Source of the DNA: Eledone cirrhosa
Lineage: Eukaryota
DNA: 64,000 nucleotides
Assembly (NCBI GenBank): GCA_964016885.1
Contig: OZ024740.1
Coordinates: 434,806,001 to 434,870,000, forward strand
Reading direction: 5' to 3'
Both the position numbers and the translations under genes were made by a program. Of this stretch, positions 37,701 to 49,660 are shown piece after piece. Positions within the stretch are counted from its first letter, which is position 1. Every line of letters starts with the position of its first letter. A model generated the notes under the pieces. That model saw nothing but the letters and a program-made list of their open reading frames with translations. It had not been told where the DNA came from and ran no database searches.

Positions 37701-40700
37701 TAAACACGTTCTTATACACCCAGTCTTGTATCTAAACACGTTCTTATACACCCAGTCTTGTATCTAAACACGTTCTTATACACCCAGTCTTGTATCTAAA
37801 CACGTTCTTATACACCCAGTCTTGTATCTAAACACGTTCTTATACACCCAGTCTTGTATCTAAACACGTTCTTATACACCCAGTCTTGTATCTAAACACG
37901 TTCTTATACACCCAGTCTTGTATCTAAACACGTTCTTATACACCCAGTCTTGTACCTAAACACGTTCTTATACACCCAGTCTTGTACCTAAACACGTTCT
38001 TATACACCCAGTCTTGTACCTAAACACGTTCTTATACACCCAGTCTTGTATCTAAACACGTTCTTATACACCCAGTCTTGTATCTAAACACGTTCTTATA
38101 CACCCAGTCTTGTATCTAAACAGGTTCTTATACACCCAGTCTTGTATCTAAACACTTTCTTATACACCCAGTCTTGTATCTAAACACGTTCTTATACACC
38201 CAGTCTTGTATCTAAACACATTCTTATACACCCAGTCCTGTATCTAAACACTTTCTTATACACCCAGTCCTGTATCTAAACATGTTCTTATACACCCAGT
38301 CTTGTATCTAAACATGTTCTTATACACCCAGTCCTGTATCTAAACACATTCTTATACACCCAGTCCTGTATCTGAACACATTCTTATACACCCAGTCCTG
38401 TATCTAAACATGTTCTTATACACCCAGTCCTGTATCTAAACACATTCTTATACACCCAGTCCTGTATCTAAACACGTTCTTATACACTCAGTCTTGTATC
38501 TAAACACGTTCTTGTACACCCAGTTTTGTATCTAAACACGTTCTTATACACATACACCCAGTCTTGTATCTAAACACGTTCTTGTACACCCAGTTTTGTA
38601 TCTAAACACGTTCTTATACACATACACCCAGTCTTGTATCTAAACACGTTCTTATACACATACACCCAGTCTTGTATCTAAACACGTTCTTATACACCCA
38701 GTCTTGTATCTAAACACGTTCTTATACACCCAGTCTTGTATCTAAACACGTTCTTATACACCCAGTCTTGTATCTAAACACGTTCTTATACACCCAGTCT
38801 TGTATCTAAACACGTTCTTATACACCCAGTCTTGTATCTAAACACGTTCTTATACACCCAGTCTTGTATCTAAACACGTTCTTATACACCCAGTCTTGTA
38901 TCTAAACACGTTCTTATACACCCAGTCTTGTATCTAAACACGTTCTTATACACCCAGTCTTGTATCTAAACACGTTCTTATACACCCAGTCTTGTATCTA
39001 AACACGTTCTTATACACCCAGTCTTGTATCTAAACACGTTCTTATACACCCAGTCTTGTATCTAAACACGTTCTTATACACCCAGTCTTGTATCTAAACA
39101 CGTTCTTATACACCCAGTCTTGTACCTAAACACGTTCTTATACACCCAGTCTTGTACCTAAACACGTTCTTATACACCCAGTCTTGTACCTAAACACGTT
39201 CTTATACACCCAGTCTTGTATCTAAACAGGTTCTTATACACCCAGTCTTGTATCTAAACACTTTCTTATACACCCAGTCTTGTATCTAAACACGTTCTTA
39301 TACACCCAGTCTTGTATCTAAACACATTCTTATACACCCAGTCCTGTATCTAAACACTTTCTTATACACCCAGTCCTGTATCTAAACATGTTCTTATACA
39401 CCCAGTCTTGTATCTAAACATGTTCTTATACACCCAGTCCTGTATCTAAACACATTCTTATACACCCAGTCCTGTATCTGAACACATTCTTATACACCCA
39501 ATCCTGTATCTAAACACATTCTTATACACCCAGTCCTGTATCTAAACACGTTCTTATACACCCAGTCTTGTATCTAAACACATTCTTATACACCCAGTCC
39601 TGTATCTAAACACATTCTTATACACCCAGTCTTGTATCTAAACACGTTCTTATACACCCAGTCTTGTATCTAAACACGTTCTTATACACCCAGTCTTGTA
39701 TCTAAACACATTCTTATACACCCAGTCCTGTATCTAAACACGTTCTTATACACCCAGTCTTGTATCTAAACACGTTCTTATACACCCAGTCTTGTATCTA
39801 AACACGTTCTTATACACCCAGTCCTGTATCTAAACACATTCTTATACACCCAGTCTTGTATCTAAACACGTTCTTATATACCCAGTCCTGTATCTAAACA
39901 CGTTCTTATACACCCAGCCCTGTATCTAAACACATTCTTATACACCCAGTCTTGTATCTAAACACGTTCTTATACACCCAGTCCTGTATCTAAACACATT
40001 CTTATACACCCAGTCTTGTATCTAAACACGTTCTTATACACCCAGTCTTGTATCTAAACACATTCTTATACACCCAGTCCTGTATCTAAACACGTTCTTA
40101 TACACCCAGTCTTGAAGCTAAACACGTTCTTATACACCCAGTCTTGTATCTAAACACGTTCTTATACACCCAGTCCTGTATCTAAACACATTCTTATACA
40201 CCCAGTCCTGTATCTAAACACATTCTTATACACCCAGTCCTGTATCTAAACACATTCTTATACACCCAGTCCTGTATCTAAACACGTTCTTATACACCCA
40301 GTCTTGTATCTAAACACGTTTTTATACACCCAGTCTTGTATCTAAACACGTTCTTATACACCCAGTCCTGTATCTAAACACATTCTTATACACCCAGTCC
40401 TGTATCTAAACACATTCTTATACACCCAGTCCTGTATCTAAACACATTCTTATACACCCAGTCCTGTATCTAAACACGTTCTTATACACCCAGTCTTGTA
40501 TCTAAACGCGTTCTTATACACCCAGTCTTGTATCTAAACGCGTTCTTATACACCCAGTCTTGTATCTAAACGCGTTCTTATACACCCAGTCTTGTATCTA
40601 AACACATTCTTATACACCCAGTCTTGTATCTAAACACATTCTTATACACCCAGTCCTGTATCTAAACACATTCTTATACACCCAGTCTTGTATCTAAACA

Positions 40701-41389
40701 CGTTCTTATACACCCAGTCTTGTATCTAAACACGTTCTTATACACCCAGTCTTGTATCTAAACACATTCTTATACACCCAGTCCTGTATCTAAACACGTT
40801 CTTATACACCCAGTCTTGTATCTAAACACGTTCTTATACACCCAGTCTTGTATCTAAACACGTTCTTATACACCCAGTCCTGTATCTAAACACATTCTTA
40901 TACACCCAGTCTTGTATCTAAACACGTTCTTATACACCCAGTCCTGTATCTAAACACGTTCTTATACACCCAGTCCTGTATCTAAACACATTCTTATACA
41001 CCCAGTCTTGTATCTAAACACGTTCTTATACACCCAGTCCTGTATCTAAACACATTCTTATACACCCAGTCCTGTATCTAAACCTGTTCTTATACACCCA
41101 GTCCTGTATCTAAACACATTCTTATACACCCAGTCTTGTATCTAAACACGTTCTTATACACCCAGTCTTGTATCTAAACACGTTCTTATACACCCAGTCT
41201 TGTATCTAAACGCGTTCTTATACACCCAGTCTTGTATCTAAACACATTCTTATACACCCAGTCCTGTATCTAAACACTTTCTTATACACCCAGTCCTGTA
41301 TCTAAACATGTTCTTATACACCCAGTCTTGTATCTAAACACATTCTTATACACCCAGTCCTGTATCTAAACATGTTCTTATACACCCAA
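34789..41389. repeat. 6.6-kb satellite, 32-bp unit, about 205 copies, in the last ASPM intron
   Basis: CCCAGTCTTGTATCTAAACACGTTCTTATACA with point variants and a few 38-bp units. Confidence 0.99.
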
Positions 41390-41677
41390 TTCTCTTCCTT
41401 TTCTCACTTTCTATTTCATCTCGTATTTCTCATTCTATCTCTTGATGAAGGACTAGTGTCTGAAACGTTAAGACTCTTCCTGCTATGTCAAGTGTTAAAC
41501 TAATATATTTCTTTATTGTACTGAGTTGTTTGCTGTGTTGTTTCTGTTTATTTTTTTGCATATGTACATATACATACGTACATATGTATATATATATATA
41601 TATATGTACGTATGTGCATGTGTAGGCTGACATTCACGTGTAGACCATGCACACACGTTTTCATAAGTCACATTTTC

Positions 41678-41743
41678 CACAACAGGACAACTCGTCTAGC
41701 CCATGCTAGCGTCAAAGAATGGACGTAAAACGATGATGATGAT
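41678..41743 (+). mobile_element. SINE/RTE 3' tail fragment
   Basis: CACAACAGGACAACTCGTCTAGCCCATGCTAGCG...GGACGTAAAAC(GAT)n. Confidence 0.75.
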
Positions 41744-41795
41744 ATCCATAAACTGATCCAAATTTCTCATTAGTTTTGTGAATTTCTAATTCCAG

Positions 41796-42104
41796 GGCAA
41801 ACTGGACGAGTTATTGAGTCGGAAGCAGTTTGTTGAAAAGATCATGTCCTTGTATAAGTTGACTGAACGTAAATATAAACAGGAAGAAAGTCGAGTTGTC
41901 ACCAGAGCTCGACTTATTGCTTCAAAGGATCCTGCTCTGTTTTATGAGAATGTCACACTCTCAAAGATTGGTCCCGACTGGTTACTTGGTAAGAAGAAGC
42001 TGCAGGAATTTGAAGAACCTTTAAAGGCAATGACATACTTAATGTATTGTCTTTCTTTGCAAGACAAACTCCCTAAACATTTACCTAAAAACCTGAAAAT
42101 ATGA
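41796..42104 (+). CDS. ASPM: ASPM terminal coding exon
   Basis: TTCCAG acceptor; KIMSLYKLT and SKIGPDWLL..EEPLKAM match ASPM C-terminal SLYKLT and PDW motifs; TGA stop. Confidence 0.95.
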   Translation, partial: GKLDELLSRKQFVEKIMSLYKLTERKYKQEESRVVTRARLIASKDPALFYENVTLSKIGPDWLLGKKKLQEFEEPLKAMTYLMYCLSLQDKLPKHLPKNLKI

Positions 42105-42378
42105 AAAAAAGTTGAGTTTCAGGCACGATTCATTTTTTTTCTTTTTTTTTTTCCTTTTCTTGCATTTTGCACTCAAGGTATTTTTAATTAACAAAAATAA
42201 TTAAAATAAGATTGGTGGAAAATTCAAATTGAAAAAAAAAATATGACTTCGGTTAAACTACAGACATATTTGCCTTATAACCACGTGGCTTTGGGTTGAG
42301 TCCCACTGCATGGCGCCTTGAGCTAGTATCTTGTACTATAGTTTTAGGTTGACCAATGTGGGTGAGATTGGGAAACTG

Positions 42379-42380
<2 letters not shown>

Positions 42381-42416
<36 letters not shown>
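42381..42416. repeat. (GT)n microsatellite in the ASPM 3' UTR
   Basis: Directly visible. Confidence 0.95.
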
Positions 42417-42418
<2 letters not shown>

Positions 42419-42478
42419 ATGGCAGTGCCCCAGCAGTCTGACAGAAACTTGCAAAAGAATCTAAAAAGTTTTTAAATC

Positions 42479-42584
42479 AATAAATATTTCCCCTTCAGTT
42501 TAACAGTTCCATTACAGAAAAATATAATTATGTGATTTTATTGAAGTTTCTAGAAAACAAAAACAATATTTGCAATAAAATAAA
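42479..42584 (+). terminator. Candidate ASPM polyadenylation signals (AATAAA at 42479, 42574, 42579)
   Basis: Hexamers downstream of the stop; AT-rich background makes this weak, and an alternative cluster exists near 45940. Confidence 0.35.
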
Positions 42585-43558
42585 CTGTAAATATAAATGT
42601 GGGTATTTAAGTGAAACATTAAACAGATATCTGTGGTTAGTATTTTGTATCTTTTGATGTGGTCAGCCATTTGTAAATATTGAGTAGCAATTGGTAATAC
42701 TGGCCCAGTTAATGGATATATTAAACATCTGACCTAGGATCACAACATAGGATCCTTATACAGTAGCAATTAGTAATACTGGCCCAGTTAATGGATATGT
42801 TAAACATCTGACATCACAATATATCTTATACAACCACTATAGGGAGTATGTCATGTGACAAGATGGCTGCTGTTTTGCTGTGTAACATGTTTGTATACAA
42901 GGTGGGTTATAATTAGCTTATTGTTAAGAAATGTCAATATTAAAAGAAACCACATTCATCATTATCATCATTTTAATGTCCACTTTCCCTTTTAACAGGG
43001 GTTGGATGGGTCTACATAGAGTACTGAAGCAGAGCTACTCACCTCCCAGATAAGCCATTGTGTTGTCTTATGTACGATCAGTTCTACTGAGTGCAAAGGA
43101 GATTCATGTCTTTGACACAAAGGAGGGTCCTCCCAACCCTTTGTTAAGCTTTCTACAGCTGGATACTCCCCTTCCAATCACATTAAATATCAAAAACATC
43201 TCTGTTCCTTCCCTACTAACAGTTGCAGCAAAGGTGGGCAAACTAGACTTGCACTCAATGACAACCCAGCACAGTATTGTAGACCATTGTTGTGTAGGTA
43301 AACTGAGTTATTGTAGTAAAATAAATGTAATTTTAATGAAGATTATTTAATAAAAGACATTCGTAATAAAATGTTGGTTGAAATAACATTAACAACTTAC
43401 ATAACTCTATTCCTCCTGCCTTATTAACTTTCGAATTATTTTGCTACTAATAAACTTTTGTTTAAATAAATCTGTTTATATTTTAGGTTGATTTAGGAAA
43501 TAATTTATTCTTGGTTTCTTAGTTAAATTACTGCAGTACCTTAGGTTTTAATGTTTAA

Positions 43559-43756
43559 CCCTTTAGCATTTACATTCTATATATGCTATTGTATTTTTGC
43601 AGTAAATCTTAGATAATATCGAATCTATAAAATTTTGAGATTATTTATTTTGAGAACAATACCTTAACATCAGTATGAGTGGCTGGTTACAGCTGGTTTG
43701 AACAAAAAGAATTGAGAGAATTCTGGCCGGATATGGCTGGTTTAAATGCTAAAGGG
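43559..43756 (-). mobile_element. Complete piggyBac-type MITE P2 (198 bp)
   Basis: TTAA-CCCTTTAGCATTTA...TAAATGCTAAAGGG-TTAA: 14-bp perfect TIR with TTAA TSD. Confidence 0.9.
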
Positions 43757-44429
43757 TTAATATTATTGAAAGGTATTAAAATATAATTATATTACTAAAA
43801 TGTAATTACCATAACAAAATACAATTTAAAGGTATTACAGTACTAAAATATAATTATTGTTTATTTCCAGTAATGTTTGTTTTCCGTTAACTTTTTTCCG
43901 ATCTGTAAACTCGAATTAAATAGTTAATGAGACAGGAATTTTCTATCAATGAAACCTGGCTCAAGTTAGACATGTTTTACTTGCTTTTTGTATTTCGAAT
44001 TTTGACTTTCTTTTACACAAAAAGCAAATTTGAATTTTTTTTCTATTTTTGCAGTATTTTATTTTACTGTTTATATATGTCTATGCTGGGCTGAATTCTG
44101 AAATATTTCTTGGAGAATTCTTCCTGCTTAACTGTTAACTATTTTCATACTAAGCTGTTTATTCTAAAGTTTTTATATTTATCTAAAAACCTATCGTAAT
44201 TTTATGTAAAAACTTGTTTCAAACACCAAATAATAATGGAAACATGATATATTGTATTTCATGACTCGTACACTGTTCATTTTCCTGACATTTGTACATT
44301 ATTCTATGTACTATACATGCATCTTTGATGAGTTGTAGTGCACCTGAGCACTGTACACAATAATTTTGTTATTACTAAAAAATCTCTCCAAATTTTTCAT
44401 TTTGAAAACAATGAAGGCCCTCCATTGTT

Positions 44430-44690
44430 TCCAGGGATAAGTGCTCTAGCTGATTTAATCAATCAAACTACTGCTTGTGGAATTAATGTGTAAGTGGCTG
44501 AGCATTCCACTGACACTTGCAACCTTAACATAGTTCTTGGGAGATTCAGCATGACACCGTGAGACAAGGCTGGGCCCTTGAATTATAGGTACAACTCATT
44601 TTTGCCAGGTGAGTGGAATGGAGCAATGTGAAATAGTTTTGCTCAATCATAAACACCCTAACCCTAACCACTAAACCACACACTTTCACA
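44430..44690 (-). mobile_element. Decayed CORE-type SINE
   Basis: TGAGTGGAATGGAGCAATGTGAAATA..TTGCTCAA segment shared with other SINE copies. Confidence 0.6.
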
Positions 44691-45600
44691 TTTGTAAACA
44701 ATAGGTAACGTCTTTCATTGGTAATCTAACGAAATGGTTAAGTTTGAAACATCTGTTTGACCTGCTTCTGTTTTCTTCACTTCCCAATGGTCCCCCCTTC
44801 ACTTCACTAACAGTTCCTCTTCATTTCACAAGTCCCTGAAGCTGTTTTATTTTGTTTCCCTTGATATTTTTTGGTTGATGTTTACTGTTTATTTTTTTAA
44901 TGTTGAGCTTTTGCGTTAAATATATACTAAGGACTTTTATCTAGAGCACAGCAAATATCAAGGGTTAGCATTTTTCCCCTTTGTAAATATTGTTGAGAGG
45001 CCATTACCAAGTGGTATTTCACTTACTGTGTTTTAAACTTTTCTCTGGTCAAGATCTCAACATGCCCTTCCTTCTATAATGTCATGGGAACAGGCTTCTG
45101 TTTTGATGGCTAACCTGTTTATATAAGCTCAAGTCCTGTTGGTATTTGCAGCGCAGGTGAGCAAAATGGATTAACATTCATTGATAATCCAGCAGACATT
45201 TTTGAACCAAAGTGGTGCAGTTATTTAGTTATTGTTATACAGGTAAAGTTAAAGATACAATTAAATTATGTTTAACTAAGTGTAGGAAATAAGTTTATTT
45301 GGAAGCCTAACAAACTACAACAATGTATGTGAGATAAGTGCCAAGGTAATAGAAATTGGAGAAAATAGGATAAAAGAACTGAGAAAAGAGTGAGAATCAT
45401 AGAATTTTATCTTTTTACCTTAGCAATGTTAATTATCCTAAATACTTTTTGTCTTACTCGTGGGACTGGATTGCAAGATGTATTGATTTTAGGAAATCAA
45501 TAATTTTGGGTGTTTTTAAAAATATTAAATATAAACGTGAAATTGTGTAATCTATTTTAATGTGGCACGTGGAGTTTTTTTTTTTTTTTCCTTAACTGTC

Positions 45601-45641
<41 letters not shown>

Positions 45642-46149
45642 ATCTCTCTCTCTGTGTGTGTGTGTGTGTGTATGTCCCCCCCCCCCCCCCACAAAATAGT
45701 TTCATTTGCACATGTGTATCATATCAAATGTGTGAGGTTGCTTCAAATTGTTTTTTGGAAGAATGAGTGACCTTATTTTTCACTTTTGTCTTTTCTGTTT
45801 GCTGAAGGAAGAATCTGAATTTAAATGTGTTTTGAAATGATTGTGAATGAGCTTTTCATTATTCTCTATCTCCCTCTCTCTATCAATCTCTGAAACTGTT
45901 GTATATAAAGTTCTCAATACATTTTATATCAAAATTGAAATAAAAAATAAATGTATTATTTATATTATGTTGTTTTTCCTTCTATAAACTGGAGAAAGTT
46001 CTGGAAGAGTTATTCTAACGAGGTTAATTAGATATCTTAGATAAGGTGTGGTCTGGCTAGACAAACAGCAGTTATATTTAGCTTTTGACTTTTGACTGGG
46101 TATTAGACCCTATAGTCAGGTGATCAGATAAACGGCTTGTGATGATTGT

Positions 46150-46705
46150 ACATATCTGTTGTAGCATTATGTGAAGGGACCAGTGATACCACTATGAGGA
46201 GAGACAGGCTGTGTCGAACCCTTCTCACAATGGCTCCCCAGTTCGGAAGCAACGAACCTTTCTCAATATGAAATCACATTGTGTGAGCCTGGTGTTAGTG
46301 GCACCCCAATTTTGGAGCCAGGCATTCTCCATGCAGCGAACCCTTCTTGATAGAAAGTGACATTGTGAGCCTGGGACTGCATGGTCCTATTATGAGGTGG
46401 TACCACTCTGAGGAGGGACAAGGGTGGATCCTCAAGTCAGGTGTTGGAGGTTGCGAGGGCTAGGTGTTTCCATCGTGACCTTATTTATATTATTTTCCAG
46501 TCAGCGATATTTGGGGTGTGTAGGTGATGTGGTTAGGTTTCCAAGATGGTGTCCTCCTTTTTCATTGGACTGTGGTATGGTGGTGGGTGAGAAAAATGTT
46601 TTATAAGAGATCAGGACGCTAAGTTTGTTAAAGGGACATTTAAAAACAAATTGATATAAAAATTTCCCTCACGATGGTGTTGCTAAATAAAAAACAATAT
46701 ATTAT
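46150..46705 (+). mobile_element. Possible old L1/Tx1-like 3' fragment
   Basis: GC-richer block; PVRK and VVWW peptide echoes; 3' end GCTAAATAAAAAACAATATATT resembles 34300-34325. Confidence 0.3.
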
Positions 46706-46904
46706 TTTTCCCCTTATATCAGCAAACTAGCAGCAGACATAAATGGAAACCCTTAGATATTGTCTCCTAAGGAGGTATTTGAGTGCAGTTATCTCGGTTT
46801 CAGGAGAGGTGACGTAATTATGATTCTGCGGGTAGGTATGTATTGGGGGCAGATGTGTGTGTAGGGAGTGTTCACATTCCTGAGAAATGGTGATGACAAT
46901 TACT

Positions 46905-47100
46905 TTAAATCTCAGTTGTAAAGGTAGTAGGCTCGTTACTGAGATTGCGAGTTCGATTCCTGGAACAAGTGGTGTTGTATCCTTGAGCAAGACACTTCAC
47001 TTTTACAATGCTCATAATCCACTCAGCTTGAAAATATGAATGGTTGCAACAATAATGGTGCCAAGTTGTATCAGCTTTTGCTTTGGACAATATTGGTAGT
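46905..47100 (+). mobile_element. CORE-type SINE
   Basis: B box GAGTTCGATTCC followed by TCCTTGAGCAAGACACTT. Confidence 0.7.
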
Positions 47101-47259
47101 GTAAAAAGAGTTAAGCTGAGCTAGACAGAGCTGTGTTAATCTGGTCCCAAATCAGATCAGATAATAGAGGCAGTCTGATAGTGTTGATTTTATATATATC
47201 ACGCATACCTTTTAATTTGTATATACATTACATATATATATATTTAAGATATATATATA

Positions 47260-48149
47260 TGCTGACAATCTGGTACTTATAGCAGAATCAAGAGGAGCTA
47301 GAGAATAAATTCTGGCTGTAGAAACTGCAGCTGGAATCGTGTTGATATAAGTAGGAAAGAGGACAAGACTGATTCCAGTAGGGAAATGGCCATGCTTGAT
47401 ATGTAGAAAAGGAGTTGGCATGAACTCTATAGAATGTGCACAAAAGGTGTAGTGGGATAACAGGAAAGGAAAACTTTGTATGTAGTAGATGTTCAGGGAA
47501 AATTAATAATAGAAGTGTTGGTGATAAGCATATTTTTCAAATGCAGGTAGGGTCTATAGAAGTAGTTGATAGCTTCCGATATCTAGGTGATCATATTAGC
47601 AAGGGAGGAGGGTGCACTGAGGCCATAGTATCTAGAATAAGGACAGGATGGAAGAAGTTTAGGGAGCTGCATCCTCTGTTGACAATGAAGGGTTTCTCCC
47701 TGTGAATGAAAGGTCGATTGTATGATGCCTATGTGAGATGCTGCATGGTAGTGAGACATGGGCAGCAACTGCAGAGGCTATGTGATGGCTAGAGAGAAAT
47801 GAAGCAAGCCTGCTCTGATGGATGTGCAATGTCAATGTGCGTGACCGACCAAACTTGGACAAGTTGAGAGTAAAACTGTCTAAGAAGAATAAACTGTAGT
47901 GTGCAGGAAAGAAGACTGTTGGTATGGTGGTGTGATGTGCATGGAGGATGACCGCTGGGTGAAGAAGTGCCTAGAAATCCTGGTGGAAGGAAGACACAGA
48001 GGGAGACCATGAAAAACATGGGCGGAGGGCTGACCTCAGATCACTGAAGCTTACAGAGATGACGAAGGACCGTGACAAGTGGAGAGATGCTGTGCTGAAT
48101 AGGACCCGTCCCACCCTTGCCAGCAGGGAAAAGGGGAGGTAAAATGATA
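47260..48149 (+). pseudogene. Decayed 5'-truncated RTE-A-family copy
   Basis: Starts TATGCTGACAATCTG (YAD.L); PHD and [20 protein letters not shown] coding; RTE-A 3' end; frameshifts and stops. Confidence 0.92.
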
Positions 48150-48167
48150 TATCATAATATATATATT

Positions 48168-48521
48168 CATCATCATCAACGTTTTACGTCTGTTCTTCCA
48201 TGCTAGCATGGGTTCGACAGGTTGTGGGCAGTGTCCGGTCGGCTGACCATGTCTTGCTCATACGGGAACTGATTCTGGTTTGATTTCTACAGCTGGATGC
48301 CCTTCCTAACACCAACCTCATTTACAGTGAGTGCTGGGTGCTTTTTTGCCTTGGCACCTCCACGACCACTTTGCAGTGGAATGATAGGGACCCCAGTCCC
48401 TATCATCTCATTTCTACAGCTGAGTAAACTGGAGCAATGTGAAATAAAGTGTCTTGCTCAAGGAAACAACACATCACCCGGTCTGAGAATTGAACTCACA
48501 ACCTTTCGATTGCAAGGCCAA
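48168..48521 (-). mobile_element. tRNA/CORE SINE, same body as 25429-25765 but with the alternative tail
   Basis: Body nearly identical to 25483-25740; tail matches 8121-8240. Confidence 0.85.
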
Positions 48522-48559
48522 TATATTATACATATGGTATATATATATATATATATATA

Positions 48560-48680
48560 TGTAGGTTATTCCGGGTTGAATCGGAGGTAACCACAGTAAG
48601 TAAGGTACTCGATACATAGCAGAGTCCTGATGATTTCTAAAGAATGAAACAGTTCTAGTCCTGTAGAATTTCATCTATAT
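48560..48680. mobile_element. Rearranged fragment of a hammerhead-bearing (Penelope pLTR-like) repeat
   Basis: CTGATGA T TTC-TAAA-GAA T GAAA CAGTTCTAGTC at 48627-48660; 48560-48625 is the inverted 3' end of the repeat seen at 51488-51612 and 53237-53380. Confidence 0.5.
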
Positions 48681-48702
48681 TATATATAATATATATGCCA
48701 TA

Positions 48703-48815
48703 CTGAGTTCAAATCCCGCCGAGGTTAACTTTGCCTTTCATCCTTACGGGGTTGATAAAATAAAGTACCAGTAATGTACTGAGTAATTGCTGGCCTTGTG
48801 CCAAAAGTAGAAAAT
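48703..48815 (+). mobile_element. Nin-like SINE, 5'-truncated
   Basis: GAGTTCAAATCCCGCCGAGGTTAACTTTGCCTTTCATCCTTACGGGGTTGATAAAATAAAGTACC. Confidence 0.8.
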
Positions 48816-48885
48816 TATATATATGGTATATATATATAATTTGTGTAGGCCATTATTTTTAATACACATTTGAAGATGAATTGAC

Positions 48886-49119
48886 TGACAAGATCCTAGA
48901 CCTCATTCACTTACCAATTGGGGTGGACTCATAAAATTGGTCGAATGAAACAATGTTTCCATCGGTCTCTCCATTGCTGATACAATCTCCCAGTTGCATT
49001 CCTGGCAGAAAGAGCAAAATGAAATAAAATGTCTTTTTTCAAGGACATAACACATCGGCTGGTTTGGGAATCGAACTCGCAACCTTATCATTGTGAATCC
49101 ACTAAGCCACGTGGCTTCA
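48886..49119 (-). mobile_element. tRNA/CORE SINE (family of 11690-11906)
   Basis: GGAATCGAACTC (antisense B box), CAAGGACATAAC, CCATTGCTGATAC. Confidence 0.75.
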
Positions 49120-49469
49120 TATTTGAAGAAGAAACAAAAACATTGGAAGGCTGTATCACTTTGGCTTTATTATACAAGTTGCAATAAAATAATTATTTAC
49201 AAGTCTCTACAAATGTTTGGAAAAACTCAGCTTTAGAGATTTAAAGATTTTCTCCCAATTGTTTAGAGATTCTTTCTTTTCTTTCTTCAGTTATGGTTAC
49301 AATTAAATCAAGCCAGATCCAGAACGACATTTTGTTTTCAAAGTTCCTCATAAATAAATAAATAAGATTTGAAAAACAAAAGTGTGTCAAGTTGTTAAAA
49401 AAGAATTTCTAAATTAGATTTCAAAATCACCAAATTTTTTTTTTTATGGTGGAATGAACATATTTAACA

Positions 49470-49660
49470 ATACAATAATAATAATGTTTCCACGTTTTGG
49501 CACAAGGCCAGCAAATTACTGGTACTTTATTTTATCGACCCCCATAAGGATGAAAGGCAAAGTTAACCTCGGCAGGATTTGAGTTCAGATTGGCAAGGAC
49601 CGTAACTATGCGTCAAAGCATGGCGTCCGACTCTACCGATGCTGCCAATCTACCGCCCTA
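49470..49660 (-). mobile_element. Nin-like SINE whose head seeds the adjacent satellite
   Basis: Matches 29552-29750. Confidence 0.8.

Noticed and set aside
34789-41389. CRISPR-like 32-bp periodicity (also the 43-, 46- and 40-bp arrays)
   Set aside because: Head-to-tail repeats without unique spacers, no cas genes, eukaryotic intronic context
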